Position numbers and translations under genes: made by a program
The notes under the pieces: model-generated
The model's input: only the letters and a program-made list of their open reading frames with translations
Told to the model about the DNA's origin: nothing
The model's database searches: none
Part shown: positions 22,578 to 32,680 of the stretch, piece after piece
Layout of the letters: the number at the start of each line of letters is the position of its first letter
Numbering within the stretch: the first letter of the stretch is position 1
Assembly: GCF_001677475.2 (NCBI RefSeq)
Contig: NZ_CP015229.1
Source of the DNA: Escherichia coli
Lineage (GTDB): Bacteria; Pseudomonadota; Gammaproteobacteria; Enterobacterales; Enterobacteriaceae
DNA: 64,000 nucleotides
Reading direction: 5' to 3' (one strand)

Positions 22578-23456
22578 ATGGCAACCATTGCATTTCTCGG
22601 GCTGGGGCAGATGGGTAGCCCAATGGCTAACAATCTATTGCGAAAAGGGCATTCATTGCAGGTATTTGATGTCAATGCACAGGCCGTCGATGCGCTAGTT
22701 ACGCAGGGGGCCACTGCGGCACAAACCCCAGCGGAAGCGGCAGCAGGCGCTGAATTTATCATCACTATGCTTCCCAATGGTGACATTGTTCGACAGGTTC
22801 TGTTGGGGGAAAAAGGCGTCTGTGAGGCTGTTTCATCTGACGCGTTATTGATTGATATGTCGACTATTCATCCCTTACAGACCGATGCATTAATACGGGA
22901 GTTACAAGAAAAAGGCATCAGTATGATGGACGCCCCCGTGGGCAGAACATCCGTGAATGCGATTGATGGCACATTGCTGATTTTAGCGGGTGGCACTGAT
23001 GAGCAGATTGCGCGTGCACGCCCGATTCTCATGTGCATGGGTAATGAGCTGGTCGAGGCTGGCGGCCCAGGAATGGGGATCCGCGTGAAGCTAATTAACA
23101 ACTATATGAGCATTGCGCTTAATGCGCTGTCCTCCGAGGCCGCTGTGTTATGTGAGTCACTGGGATTAAATCTTGATGTCGCAATTAAGGTGATGAGTGG
23201 TACGGCAGCAGGGAAAGGACATTTTACGACCACCTGGCCTGGCAAAGTGCTGAAAGGCGATCTTTCACCCGCCTTCATGGTGGATCTGGCGTTGAAAGAT
23301 CTGCGTATTGCAGTTGACGTCGCTCGGGAGACGGGGGCACCGCTCAATATGGGGATTGCAGCAGAAAGTTATTACGCCGCAGCAAGTCAAGACGGCAAAG
23401 GGCGGCAGGACTGGAGCGCCCTGCTAAATCAGGTTCGCCAGCAGGCTGGTCTTTAA
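22578..23456 (+). CDS. NAD(P)-dependent beta-hydroxyacid dehydrogenase, YihU-like (sulfolactaldehyde reductase homologue)
   Basis: Start moved to ATG 22578 ([26 protein letters not shown] upstream), giving 292 aa. Rossmann GxGxxG motif. 3-hydroxyisobutyrate-dehydrogenase family. Confidence 0.85.
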   Translation: MATIAFLGLGQMGSPMANNLLRKGHSLQVFDVNAQAVDALVTQGATAAQTPAEAAAGAEFIITMLPNGDIVRQVLLGEKGVCEAVSSDALLIDMSTIHPLQTDALIRELQEKGISMMDAPVGRTSVNAIDGTLLILAGGTDEQIARARPILMCMGNELVEAGGPGMGIRVKLINNYMSIALNALSSEAAVLCESLGLNLDVAIKVMSGTAAGKGHFTTTWPGKVLKGDLSPAFMVDLALKDLRIAVDVARETGAPLNMGIAAESYYAAASQDGKGRQDWSALLNQVRQQAGL

Positions 23457-23480
23457 TTTTATCTATTAACAGGAGTTTCT

Positions 23481-24368
23481 ATGTCATCCCACTTCACCCC
23501 ATTTACGCTGAAAGATATCTCCCGCCCAGGTGGTGGATTCGCCATGTTAGCTGTCGATCAGCGTGAGGCCATGCGCCTGATGTTTGCGGCAGCAGGGCAG
23601 CCCAAACCCATCGCCGACAGTGTACTCACCGATTTTAAAGTTGCCGCGACCCGAATCCTTTCTCCTTATGCTTCTGCCGTTCTGGCGGATAAACAATTTT
23701 GTCTTGAGCAAATAGTCGAGCAGGGCGCTGTTGCTAATTCTTGCGGCCTGATTGTCGCTGCCGATCTTTTTATCCCAGGTAATGGCATCCCGGTTGATAG
23801 CGTTGAAATAGATATGTCCGTCGACCCGCATAAAGCCCGTGAAATGGGGGCTAAGGCAATGAAATTACTTGTACTCTGGCGTGAAGATGAACCCGCAGAG
23901 GAACGTCTGGCAATGGTTGATAAATTTGTTCGTCGCTGCCGTAGTGCCGGACTGGTTAGCATTATTGAACCTGTGGTGCGTCCACCTCGTCGCGGTTGGG
24001 ACTTTGATCGTGAAAGCGCCATTGCCGCGGCCGCCGCAGAGCTTGGTGGAACAGAGGCTGATCTTTACAAAGCCGAGATGCCATTAGGGGGCAAAGGCGA
24101 TGAAAAAACCTTACTTGCCGCCTGTCAGCAACTTAACGATCAGATGAAGATGCCGTGGGTAATTCTTTCTTCTGGCGTTGATGCCGATATTTTTGGCCGT
24201 GCAGTAAGTATTGCCATGAAAGGTGGGGCGTCGGGCTTCCTGGCTGGACGAGCGGTTTGGGCGTCGGTTGTTGGTGCACAAGATCCACAAACTATGCTGC
24301 GCGATGTCTCCGTTCCACGCTTGCAACGGCTGGCTGAAATTGTCGATGAAGGTATCGCGCAACGCTAA
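23481..24368 (+). CDS. Class I aldolase, YihT-like (sulfofructose-phosphate aldolase / LacD family)
   Basis: 295 aa. Long collinear blocks shared with K-12 YihT as recalled: [69 protein letters not shown]. Confidence 0.85.
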   Translation: MSSHFTPFTLKDISRPGGGFAMLAVDQREAMRLMFAAAGQPKPIADSVLTDFKVAATRILSPYASAVLADKQFCLEQIVEQGAVANSCGLIVAADLFIPGNGIPVDSVEIDMSVDPHKAREMGAKAMKLLVLWREDEPAEERLAMVDKFVRRCRSAGLVSIIEPVVRPPRRGWDFDRESAIAAAAAELGGTEADLYKAEMPLGGKGDEKTLLAACQQLNDQMKMPWVILSSGVDADIFGRAVSIAMKGGASGFLAGRAVWASVVGAQDPQTMLRDVSVPRLQRLAEIVDEGIAQR

Positions 24369-24400
24369 TCCCCTATGGATATCGATTCTGGAGAATAACA

Positions 24401-25411
24401 ATGGATAAAAGTACCCAGGTTTTATTTTCAGATATTGGGAAAGTCACCACTCAATATGTTGAAGTACCACACCAGGAACTTAAACCGCACGAAGTGCGGA
24501 TTGCGCCTGTGTTCTATGGGATATGCGGTTCGGATCTGCATGTTCTGAAAGGCGGTCATCCGTTTGCCAAACCACCTGTCGTCCCCGGTCATGAAATTGC
24601 AGCGCGCGTTGCGGAAGTTGGCAGCGACGTTAAAAATGTACAGCCGGGCGATCATGTTGTGGTCGATCCCATCATGGCTTGCATGGAATGCCGAGCCTGC
24701 AAAGCAGGACGTTTTAATCTTTGTGAACCACCGCAGGTTGCTGGTTTTCGCGCACCGGGCTTTGCTCGCTCACAACACATTGTTCCTGCGCGTAATTGCC
24801 ATGTCGCACCAGCCTCTTTACCGCTAAAAGTGTTAGCCTTTGCCGAACCGGCGGCTTGTGCTCGTCACTGCGTTAACCGAATGCCGAAAGCTTCTCTGGA
24901 AAGCGTACTGGTGATTGGTGCCGGAACGATAGGCTTATCCATCGTGCAGGCACTGCGCATTATGGGGGCAGGTAAGATTACCGTGATTGAACCTGACGCT
25001 GCCAAACGCGCGCTGGCGTTAAAGCTGGGCGCAGCAGAAGTTTGGGCACCAGGTGAGCTGGCCGCAGATGTGCGATTTACGGGGGCGATTGATGTCGTTG
25101 CAGCGCAGGCCACGCTTAACGATGCATGTACCCGTGTATATGCCGGAGGCACCGTCGTGTGCATGGGCGTACCAAGTGGGCCGCGTGAAATACCATTACC
25201 TATGATGCAACGTTTCGAGCGTGACTTGCTCAACTCTGGCATGTACATCCCTGAAGATTTCGATGCTGTTATCGAATGGCTGGCGGATGGGCGGTTTGAT
25301 ACCAGTGAACTGGTTACCGATTTATTTGCCATTGAGGATGCAGCGGCGGCATTCGAACGCGCGCAGCAAAATGACTCCATAAAGGTCATGCTGCAATTTG
25401 CGCCGGAATGA
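24401..25411 (+). CDS. Zinc-dependent medium-chain dehydrogenase/reductase (polyol/threonine dehydrogenase-like)
   Basis: 336 aa. Catalytic Zn ligands in GICGSDLH and PGHE. Structural Zn site CMECRACKAGRFNLC. NAD-binding fold VIGAGTIGL. Confidence 0.85.
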   Translation: MDKSTQVLFSDIGKVTTQYVEVPHQELKPHEVRIAPVFYGICGSDLHVLKGGHPFAKPPVVPGHEIAARVAEVGSDVKNVQPGDHVVVDPIMACMECRACKAGRFNLCEPPQVAGFRAPGFARSQHIVPARNCHVAPASLPLKVLAFAEPAACARHCVNRMPKASLESVLVIGAGTIGLSIVQALRIMGAGKITVIEPDAAKRALALKLGAAEVWAPGELAADVRFTGAIDVVAAQATLNDACTRVYAGGTVVCMGVPSGPREIPLPMMQRFERDLLNSGMYIPEDFDAVIEWLADGRFDTSELVTDLFAIEDAAAAFERAQQNDSIKVMLQFAPE

Positions 25412-25480
25412 TTTTCTAAATCTCTGTCTGGCGCTGCGTCACGTCAGCGCCACCCTACAACAATTAAAAAGGACACTGCG

Positions 25481-26914
25481 ATGAGTCAAATCACCAGTCC
25501 TGCAACTTATTCAATTAGTCGGCCACAGGACGTAATTGATATTGTTAATAAGAACTCTGCAATCAACACCAGTATCGGCGTTATTTTTATTGCTTTGGGC
25601 GGCATATTGATTGATGCCTACCAGGCGGCGATGGTGGGGTTTGGTAATAAATACATTGCCGCTCAATTCGGCATTTCGCCGGGTCTTGCTGCAACCGTCA
25701 ATGCATCAGTATTAATCGCCGCGTTAATTGGCGGTTTATTAGCGAACCGAGTAATAAACCGCTTTGGGCAAAAGCGGGCATTTATTATTGGCATGGGGCT
25801 GTGCACCATCGGTGCTGCAGCGGTAGCTATTGCTCCCAGTATCTGGTGGGTGCTGGTGTGCCGCGTCATCATGGGCTTTGGTTTAGGCATCGACTTCCCT
25901 TTGGCAACCAATGCCGTGGCAGAGCTTCGTGGTTCAACGTCGAAGAAAACCGGAACGTCGGTCAACCTCTGGCAAATGGCCTGGTATGTTTCGACAACCG
26001 TTGTTTATTTGGTGCTTTTGCCGCTGCTTCTGTCGGGTATCGCTGAAGAACAATTGTGGCGTTACGGAATATTCATCGGAGCTATTTTTGCAGTCATCTT
26101 CATGATTTTGCGTTACTTCTTTATTGGTGAATCCGCAATGTGGGCTGCACGCGTCGGGCGTTACCAGGAAGCGTGCGACATTCTGGGAAAACGTTATGGT
26201 GTTCAGGCTCGCGTTGCGGCATCGGGTACAACAGAAGCGAAATTCTCGGAAAAAGCAGAGAATAAATACAGTGGTGGATATGGCATCTTATTTAATGATC
26301 GTTACCGCAAACGCACCATTCTTGGTTGTGTCGTGGCAACCATGCAGGCGTGGCAATATAACGCCGTAGGTGTTTATCTTCCTCTTACGTTGGCGGGAAT
26401 AATAAGTGGCGGGCTTACTGGCGCGTTGACCGGTTCTGCCGTCGTGAATGCCCTTTGTGGGGTGACAGGTGGGATGATCGGCTCGTTTATTCTCCAACGA
26501 CTGGGTACTCGCCGACAGTCGATGTATGGATTTGCTGTTGTGACCTTAGCATTGCTGTCGTTAGGCGCACTGGCAACGACTAATCCCTGGCTGTCTTTAG
26601 GGTTATTGGGATCAATTATTTTCTTCCATTCAGCGGGTCCTGGTGGGCTGGGCATGACCATTGCCACACTCTCTTATCCTCCCGCTATTCGTCCTACTGG
26701 GGTCGGATTTGCCCGCGCTATTATGCGCACAGGGGCAATTGCAGGACTCATTTTCTGGCCGATGCTGTGGGGTACGTTGAAAACTGAAGCGTTTTATTGG
26801 TTGGCAATTGTGCCATTCCTGGGGTTCCTGACCTGCGTATTGATTAATTGGGAACCTTTGGGAGCAAATGTTGATGCTGAGGATGCAGAGGTTCTGGCTG
26901 AATTGAAGAAATAA
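25481..26914 (+). CDS. MFS transporter, sugar-porter-like
   Basis: 477 aa, about 12 TM helices. Loop 2-3 motif LANRVINRFGQKR, RVIMGFGLG, and GESAMWAA resembling the PESPRW motif. Confidence 0.8.
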   Translation: MSQITSPATYSISRPQDVIDIVNKNSAINTSIGVIFIALGGILIDAYQAAMVGFGNKYIAAQFGISPGLAATVNASVLIAALIGGLLANRVINRFGQKRAFIIGMGLCTIGAAAVAIAPSIWWVLVCRVIMGFGLGIDFPLATNAVAELRGSTSKKTGTSVNLWQMAWYVSTTVVYLVLLPLLLSGIAEEQLWRYGIFIGAIFAVIFMILRYFFIGESAMWAARVGRYQEACDILGKRYGVQARVAASGTTEAKFSEKAENKYSGGYGILFNDRYRKRTILGCVVATMQAWQYNAVGVYLPLTLAGIISGGLTGALTGSAVVNALCGVTGGMIGSFILQRLGTRRQSMYGFAVVTLALLSLGALATTNPWLSLGLLGSIIFFHSAGPGGLGMTIATLSYPPAIRPTGVGFARAIMRTGAIAGLIFWPMLWGTLKTEAFYWLAIVPFLGFLTCVLINWEPLGANVDAEDAEVLAELKK

Positions 26915-27012
26915 ATTAATGCGCATCGGCTTAAACCGATGCGCATTAATTCAAACTGCCCACGTTTAGTGGTTCGTATCCCAGATTTCTCGCCTACCAG
27001 GAGAGGAAAATT

Positions 27013-28362
27013 ATGTCTGAAAAGTTACCCGCACCGCGTGAAGGGCTTTCCGGTAAAGCCATGAGACGTGTCGTTATGGGCAGTTTCGCAGGCGCGTTAA
27101 TGGAATGGTATGACTTCTTTATTTTTGGCACGGCAGCAGGACTGGTATTTGCACCGCTGTTTTATCCAGACAGCGATCCTTTTATAGGTCTTATAGCTTC
27201 CTTTGCGACCTTTGGTGTCGGTTTTCTGACTCGTCCTTTAGGTGGCATCGTCTTTGGTCATTTTGGCGATAAAATCGGGCGAAAAATAACACTTATCTGG
27301 ACGCTGGCTATTGTCGGTTGCTCCACATTTTTGATTGGTTTTATTCCGACGTATCAGGAAATTGGCATTTGGGCACCGCTTGTATTAATGGTGCTGCGTT
27401 TGATTCAGGGCTTTGGTCTTGGTGGCGAGTACGGCGGAGCGGCATTGATGACCATAGAATCAGCGCCCGAATCCCGACGCGGATTTTTAGGTTCACTCCC
27501 GCAAACGGCTGCGTCTGTGGGTATTATGCTGGCAACCGGTATTTTTGCTCTCTGTAACCATTTTCTTACTTCGGAGCAGTTTCTCTCCTGGGGATGGCGC
27601 ATTCCGTTTTGGCTTTCTGCGGTGATGTTGATCGTTGGGCTGTTTATCCGCCTGCATACCGAAGAAACGCTGGATTTTCAAAAGCAAAAAACGACGAATA
27701 ATAAAGAAAAGTCCGTTCCTCCGTTGATTGAATTATTCAAAAAACATCCACGAAATATTTTATTGGCACTGGGTGCGAGGCTGGCGGAAAGTGTCTCCTC
27801 TAATATTATTAACGCCTTTGGTATTGTCTATATTTCCAGCCAATTAGCATTGTCGCGAGATATTCCCCTGACGGGTATGTTGATTGCCTCGGCGATCGGT
27901 ATTTTCAGTTGTCCATTGGTTGGATGGTTATCAGATCGTATAGGTCAAAAAAGTCTGTATTTGTCGGGAGCAGGATTTTGTGTCCTGTTCGCGTTTCCTT
28001 TCTTCTTATTACTGGATAGCAAAAGTACGCTCATCATCTGGTGCAGTATGATCCTCGGCTACAACTTAGGTCCGACGATGATGTTTGCCGTGCAGCCAAC
28101 ACTTTTCACCCGCATGTTCGGTACCAAAGTACGATATACCGGCCTTTCTTTTGCTTATCAATTTTCCGCGATTCTTGGCGGACTAAGCCCCCTTATCGCC
28201 TCAAGTTTGCTGGCGCTAGGGGGAGGAAAACCGTGGTATGTCGCTCTGTTTTTATTTGCTGTCTCAGTTCTTTCCTTTGTTTGCGTCTGGCTGATTGAGC
28301 CGACCGATGAACAAGAAACCGCTTCTTACCGCTACATCAGGGAACAATCTCATGAAAACTGA
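27013..28362 (+). CDS. MFS transporter, metabolite:H+ symporter (MHS; ProP/KgtP/ShiA-like) family
   Basis: 449 aa. Motifs RPLGGIVFGHFGDKIGRK and RLIQGFGLGGEYGGA, typical of the MHS family. Confidence 0.8.
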   Translation: MSEKLPAPREGLSGKAMRRVVMGSFAGALMEWYDFFIFGTAAGLVFAPLFYPDSDPFIGLIASFATFGVGFLTRPLGGIVFGHFGDKIGRKITLIWTLAIVGCSTFLIGFIPTYQEIGIWAPLVLMVLRLIQGFGLGGEYGGAALMTIESAPESRRGFLGSLPQTAASVGIMLATGIFALCNHFLTSEQFLSWGWRIPFWLSAVMLIVGLFIRLHTEETLDFQKQKTTNNKEKSVPPLIELFKKHPRNILLALGARLAESVSSNIINAFGIVYISSQLALSRDIPLTGMLIASAIGIFSCPLVGWLSDRIGQKSLYLSGAGFCVLFAFPFFLLLDSKSTLIIWCSMILGYNLGPTMMFAVQPTLFTRMFGTKVRYTGLSFAYQFSAILGGLSPLIASSLLALGGGKPWYVALFLFAVSVLSFVCVWLIEPTDEQETASYRYIREQSHEN

Positions 28363-29239
28363 ACGAAAAAACGAGCATTACCTGGCGCTACAACAGGCGT
28401 TTGACGCGCCATGGCCTGGGCCTGTAGGAGAGTTAGTGACGCTGGAAAAAGGCAATATTCACCTGCAGATTTATCCGCATGATGGTGCCAGGATAACCTC
28501 GTTAAAGGCATTTGGTTCTGAAGTATTACGCCAATGGCAGCCGCAGCGCAGAGCTTTTCAGTATGGCTGTTTCCCAATGGTGCCGTGGGCAGGGCGACTG
28601 GGGAATGCGACGCTGAATGCTGGTGGGCAATGTTATTCTTTACCCGCCAATAAACCACCACATGCGTTGCATGGTATGGCTTGTTACTCAACGTGGGAAA
28701 TCATCGACAAAACAATAGATTCCCTGACTTTACGTATGCCCCTGGCTTCACCGTGGCCCTGGCAAGGGGAAGTGATTCAGACTTTTTTGCTGGAGAACGA
28801 TGCGCTGGTTTTGCAACTGGAAATCCATTCACATACCGATACATTCCCGGCCTCTGCAGGCTGGCATCCGTGGTTTGCGAAAAAGCTGACTCCGCAAAAT
28901 ACAGAATCGTTGCAGGTGCTTTTTGATGCGGACTGGCAAGAGGAAGCGGGTAGTGATGAACTGCCAACTGGAAATCGCATCTCTCCTCAAGCTGGTCCCT
29001 GGGATGACTGTTTTGGTTTTTATGACGGGGTGAAGGTTAAGTTACTGTGGCCTGGTAAACTCACGATGACCATGACCTCTTCTGCAAACAGTCTGGTGGT
29101 ATTTGATAAACAGCCCGATGCCACCTGTGTTAATCCGCTTACTCAGGCACCTAACGCAATAAATCTAACGCCGGAATTGGTGACATCAGATAAGCCGCTG
29201 GTCATCGAAACTCGTTGGCAATTTACACCTGAATCTTAA
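28352..29239 (+). CDS. Aldose 1-epimerase (mutarotase) family protein, YihR-like
   Basis: Track ORF 28295-29239. Preferred start is ATG 28352 (MKTERKNEHY..., 295 aa), overlapping the upstream stop by 11 nt. Motifs PPHALHG and SAGWHPWF. Confidence 0.7.
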   Translation: MKTERKNEHYLALQQAFDAPWPGPVGELVTLEKGNIHLQIYPHDGARITSLKAFGSEVLRQWQPQRRAFQYGCFPMVPWAGRLGNATLNAGGQCYSLPANKPPHALHGMACYSTWEIIDKTIDSLTLRMPLASPWPWQGEVIQTFLLENDALVLQLEIHSHTDTFPASAGWHPWFAKKLTPQNTESLQVLFDADWQEEAGSDELPTGNRISPQAGPWDDCFGFYDGVKVKLLWPGKLTMTMTSSANSLVVFDKQPDATCVNPLTQAPNAINLTPELVTSDKPLVIETRWQFTPES

Positions 29240-29249
29240 CCATTCATCT

Positions 29250-29290
29250 ATTGCGAAAAAGCCAGTGAAATTACTCTGCTTTTTCGCAAT
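29250..29290 (+). terminator. Hairpin (possible terminator) at the right edge of the variant cassette
   Basis: 13-bp perfect inverted repeat ATTGCGAAAAAGC / GCTTTTTCGCAAT. No long T-run after it. Confidence 0.4.
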
Positions 29291-29379
29291 CAGCATCACA
29301 AGATTACCCTTATTGCCACATAGCCAAACCCATCCTTTCCCGCTACAGTTAATTTCTTGTGGCGCGAAAGGAGGCAAAA

Positions 29380-29979
29380 ATGCTCTATATCTTTGATTTA
29401 GGTAATGTGATTGTCGATATCGACTTTAACCGTGTGCTGGGAGCCTGGAGCGATTTAACGCGTATTCCGCTGGCATCTCTTAAGAAGAGTTTTCATATGG
29501 GGGAGGCGTTTCATCAGCATGAGCGTGGGGAAATTAGCGACGAAGCGTTCGCAGAGGCGCTGTGTCATGAGATGGCTCTACCGCTAAGCTACGAGCAGTT
29601 CTCCCACGGTTGGCAGGCAGTGTTTGTCGCGCTGCGCCCGGAAGTGATCGCCATCATGCATAAACTGCGTGAGCAGGGGCATCGCGTGGTGGTGCTTTCC
29701 AATACCAACCGCCTGCATACCACCTTCTGGCCGGAAGAATACCCGGAAATTCGTGATGCTGCTGACCATATCTATCTGTCGCAAGATCTGGGGATGCGCA
29801 AACCTGAAGCACGAATTTACCAGCATGTTTTGCAGGCGGAAGGTTTTTCACCCAGCGATACGGTCTTTTTCGACGATAACGCCGATAATATAGAAGGAGC
29901 CAATCAGCTGGGCATTACCAGCATTCTGGTGAAAGATAAAACCACCATCCCGGACTATTTCGCGAAGGTGTTATGCTAA
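29380..29979 (+). CDS. yihX: HAD-family alpha-D-glucose-1-phosphate phosphatase YihX
   Basis: 199 aa from ATG 29380 (AAGGAGG upstream). Begins [13 protein letters not shown] with the DxD nucleophile motif. Confidence 0.95.
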
Positions 29980-30845
29980 AAACCATTCAGGACAAAGCCA
30001 GGCACCGTACCCGTCCACTATGGGCCTGGCTAAAACTACTCTGGCAACGCATTGATGAGGACAACATGACAACCCTGGCAGGTAACCTTGCCTATGTGTC
30101 GTTGCTCTCATTAGTGCCGCTGGTTGCCGTTGTTTTTGCGCTTTTCGCCGCTTTTCCCATGTTTTCCGACGTCAGCATTCAGTTGCGTCACTTTATTTTT
30201 GCCAACTTTCTGCCTGCTACTGGCGATGTTATTCAGCGGTATATCGAACAATTTGTTGCCAATTCCAACAAGATGACCGCCGTTGGCGCGTGCGGGCTGA
30301 TCGTCACAGCGCTATTGTTGATGTACTCCATCGATAGCGCGTTGAATACCATCTGGCGCAGTAAACGAGCGCGACCAAAAATTTACTCGTTTGCCGTGTA
30401 CTGGATGATTTTAACGCTGGGGCCGCTGCTGGCAGGGGCCAGTCTGGCGATCAGTTCCTATTTGCTCTCCCTGCGCTGGGCGAGCGATCTCAATACTGTC
30501 ATCGACAACGTGCTGCGTATTTTTCCGTTGCTGTTGTCGTGGATCTCCTTCTGGTTGCTGTACAGCATTGTTCCTACCATCCGCGTACCTAACCGCGACG
30601 CGATTGTCGGCGCGTTTGTCGCCGCGCTCCTGTTCGAAGCAGGAAAGAAAGGTTTCGCGCTTTATATCACCATGTTCCCGTCATATCAGCTCATTTACGG
30701 TGTGCTGGCGGTGATCCCCATTCTCTTCGTCTGGGTCTACTGGACATGGTGTATCGTCTTGCTTGGCGCGGAAATTACTGTCACTCTCGGGGAATACCGC
30801 AAACTAAAACAAGCTGCTGAACAAGAAGAAGACGACGAACCATGA
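29973..30845 (+). CDS. yihY: Inner-membrane protein YihY (BrkB/Rbn family)
   Basis: 290 aa, multi-TM. Overlaps the yihX stop. Confidence 0.92.
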
Positions 30846-31279
30846 TTGCATTAATTCAACGCGTAACCCGTGCCAGCGTCACCGTGGAGGGAGAAGTGAC
30901 GGGCGAAATTGGCGCGGGACTTTTGGTGTTATTGGGTGTCGAAAAGGATGACGACGAACAGAAAGCAAACCGTCTGTGCGAGCGTGTGCTCGGCTACCGC
31001 ATCTTTAGCGATGCCGAAGGCAAGATGAATCTCAACGTGCAACAGGCGGGCGGCAGTGTACTGGTGGTTTCCCAGTTTACCCTCGCCGCAGATACCGAAC
31101 GGGGGATGCGCCCAAGTTTCTCCAAAGGCGCATCACCGGATCGCGCAGAGGCGTTATATGACTATTTCGTCGAACGCTGCCGCCAGCAAGAGATGAACAC
31201 GCAAACAGGACGCTTCGCTGCCGATATGCAAGTATCGCTGGTCAATGATGGCCCCGTGACATTCTGGTTGCAGGTATGA
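30842..31279 (+). CDS. dtd: D-aminoacyl-tRNA deacylase
   Basis: 145 aa. [13 protein letters not shown]...SQFTLAADT...NDGPVTF. Confidence 0.97.
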
Positions 31280-32265
31280 GCCAGCTTCCAGGGTTGTCAC
31301 GGGAAACAAGAGAGAGTATCGCTATGTATCACCTTCGGGTTCCACAAACAGAAGAAGAATTAGAGCGTTACTATCAGTTTCGCTGGGAAATGTTGCGTAA
31401 GCCCCTGCATCAACCAAAAGGTTCGGAACGCGACGCGTGGGATGCGATGGCGCATCACCAGATGGTCGTCGACGAGCAGGGTAATTTGGTGGCAGTAGGG
31501 CGGCTGTATATTAATGCCGACAATGAAGCGTCCATTCGCTTTATGGCCGTTCATCCCGACGTGCAGGACAAAGGGCTAGGAACGCTGATGGCGATGACCC
31601 TGGAGTCGGTGGCGCGTCAGGAAGGCGTTAAGCGCGTGACCTGTAGCGCCCGTGAAGACGCGGTGGAGTTTTTCGCCAAGCTGGGTTTTGTTAATCAGGG
31701 AGAAATCACCACGCCAACCACCACGCCGATTCGCCATTTTTTGATGATTAAACCTGTCGCCACTCTGGATGATATTTTGCATCGCGGCGACTGGTGCGCG
31801 CAGCTGCAACAGGCGTGGTACGAACATATCCCGCTAAGCGAAAAAATGGGCGTGCGCATTCAACAATATACCGGGCAAAAATTTATCACTACCATGCCAG
31901 AAACCGGCAATCAGAATCCGCACCATACGCTGTTTGCCGGGAGTTTATTCTCACTGGCAACGCTCACCGGTTGGGGGCTTATCTGGCTGATGCTGCGCGA
32001 ACGCCATCTCGGCGGAACGATTATTCTGGCGGATGCGCATATCCGCTACAGCAAGCCGATTAGCGGTAAACCTCATGCGGTAGCCGACCTTGGTGCCTTA
32101 AGCGGCGATCTCGACCGTCTGGCGCGCGGACGAAAAGCACGGGTGCAGATGCAAGTAGAAATCTTTGGCGACGAGACGCCGGGTGCAGTGTTTGAAGGCA
32201 CGTATATCGTTCTGCCCGCGAAGCCATTTGGCCCGTATGAAGAGGGCGGGAACGAAGAAGAGTAG
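31276..32265 (+). CDS. yiiD: GNAT acetyltransferase/thioesterase fusion protein YiiD (FabY)
   Basis: 329 aa. GNAT core [15 protein letters not shown] plus a C-terminal hotdog-like domain. ATGA overlap with dtd. Confidence 0.92.
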
Positions 32266-32271
32266 CTGATG

Positions 32272-32300
32272 GAGAGGGGCGGTGTAGCCTCTCTCATTTT
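32272..32300 (+). terminator. Rho-independent terminator after yiiD
   Basis: GAGAGG...CCTCTC hairpin followed by ATTTTTT. Confidence 0.7.
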
Positions 32301-32680
32301 TTCAGGTCATTTACATTAGCCTCTGACTATTCCGGTTATATTGAATAAGAACTCTATTAATTTTTATTCTTCGTTGGCACCATACGTGTCTTGCTACATC
32401 ACTGTTCAGGAGCATTTAAATATTATTTGTAGAGGTGAGTGGCAATTATCGCCGATAATGCTTAATTCATCATCTTACTTCAGGTTTGAGCGATTTTTGA
32501 TAGTCAAAACCCCCTATGGTGCCATACTTTTCTCATAAATATTTTTAAAATCTATAGCTAACTAACATTATGCAAAGATAATGGGCTGGCACCATTGTCA
32601 GTATCATTCATTTACTGCTTCTAGATGTTGTAAATAATTATGTTGTATGTTTGCTCTTAAACCGTGGGAAGGAGGCTGTA

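Noticed and set aside
28295-28351. Upstream start for the mutarotase-like gene, overlapping the MFS gene by 68 nt.
   Set aside because: ATG 28352 gives an 11-nt overlap with a purine-rich stretch upstream, and the family similarity starts after it. The long overlap is not needed. The start remains uncertain.
32374-32395. TTGGCAC...TTGC sequence resembling a sigma-54 promoter in the AT-rich insert. A second TGGCAC lies near 32587.
   Set aside because: The GG-to-GC spacing is 17 nt instead of the required 12, so it does not fit the -24/-12 geometry.
32651-32680. Track start (non-ATG) at 32651 for the phosphatase-like ORF.
   Set aside because: ATG 32681 is preceded by GGAAGGAGG at ideal spacing. 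The 10 extra codons have no support.
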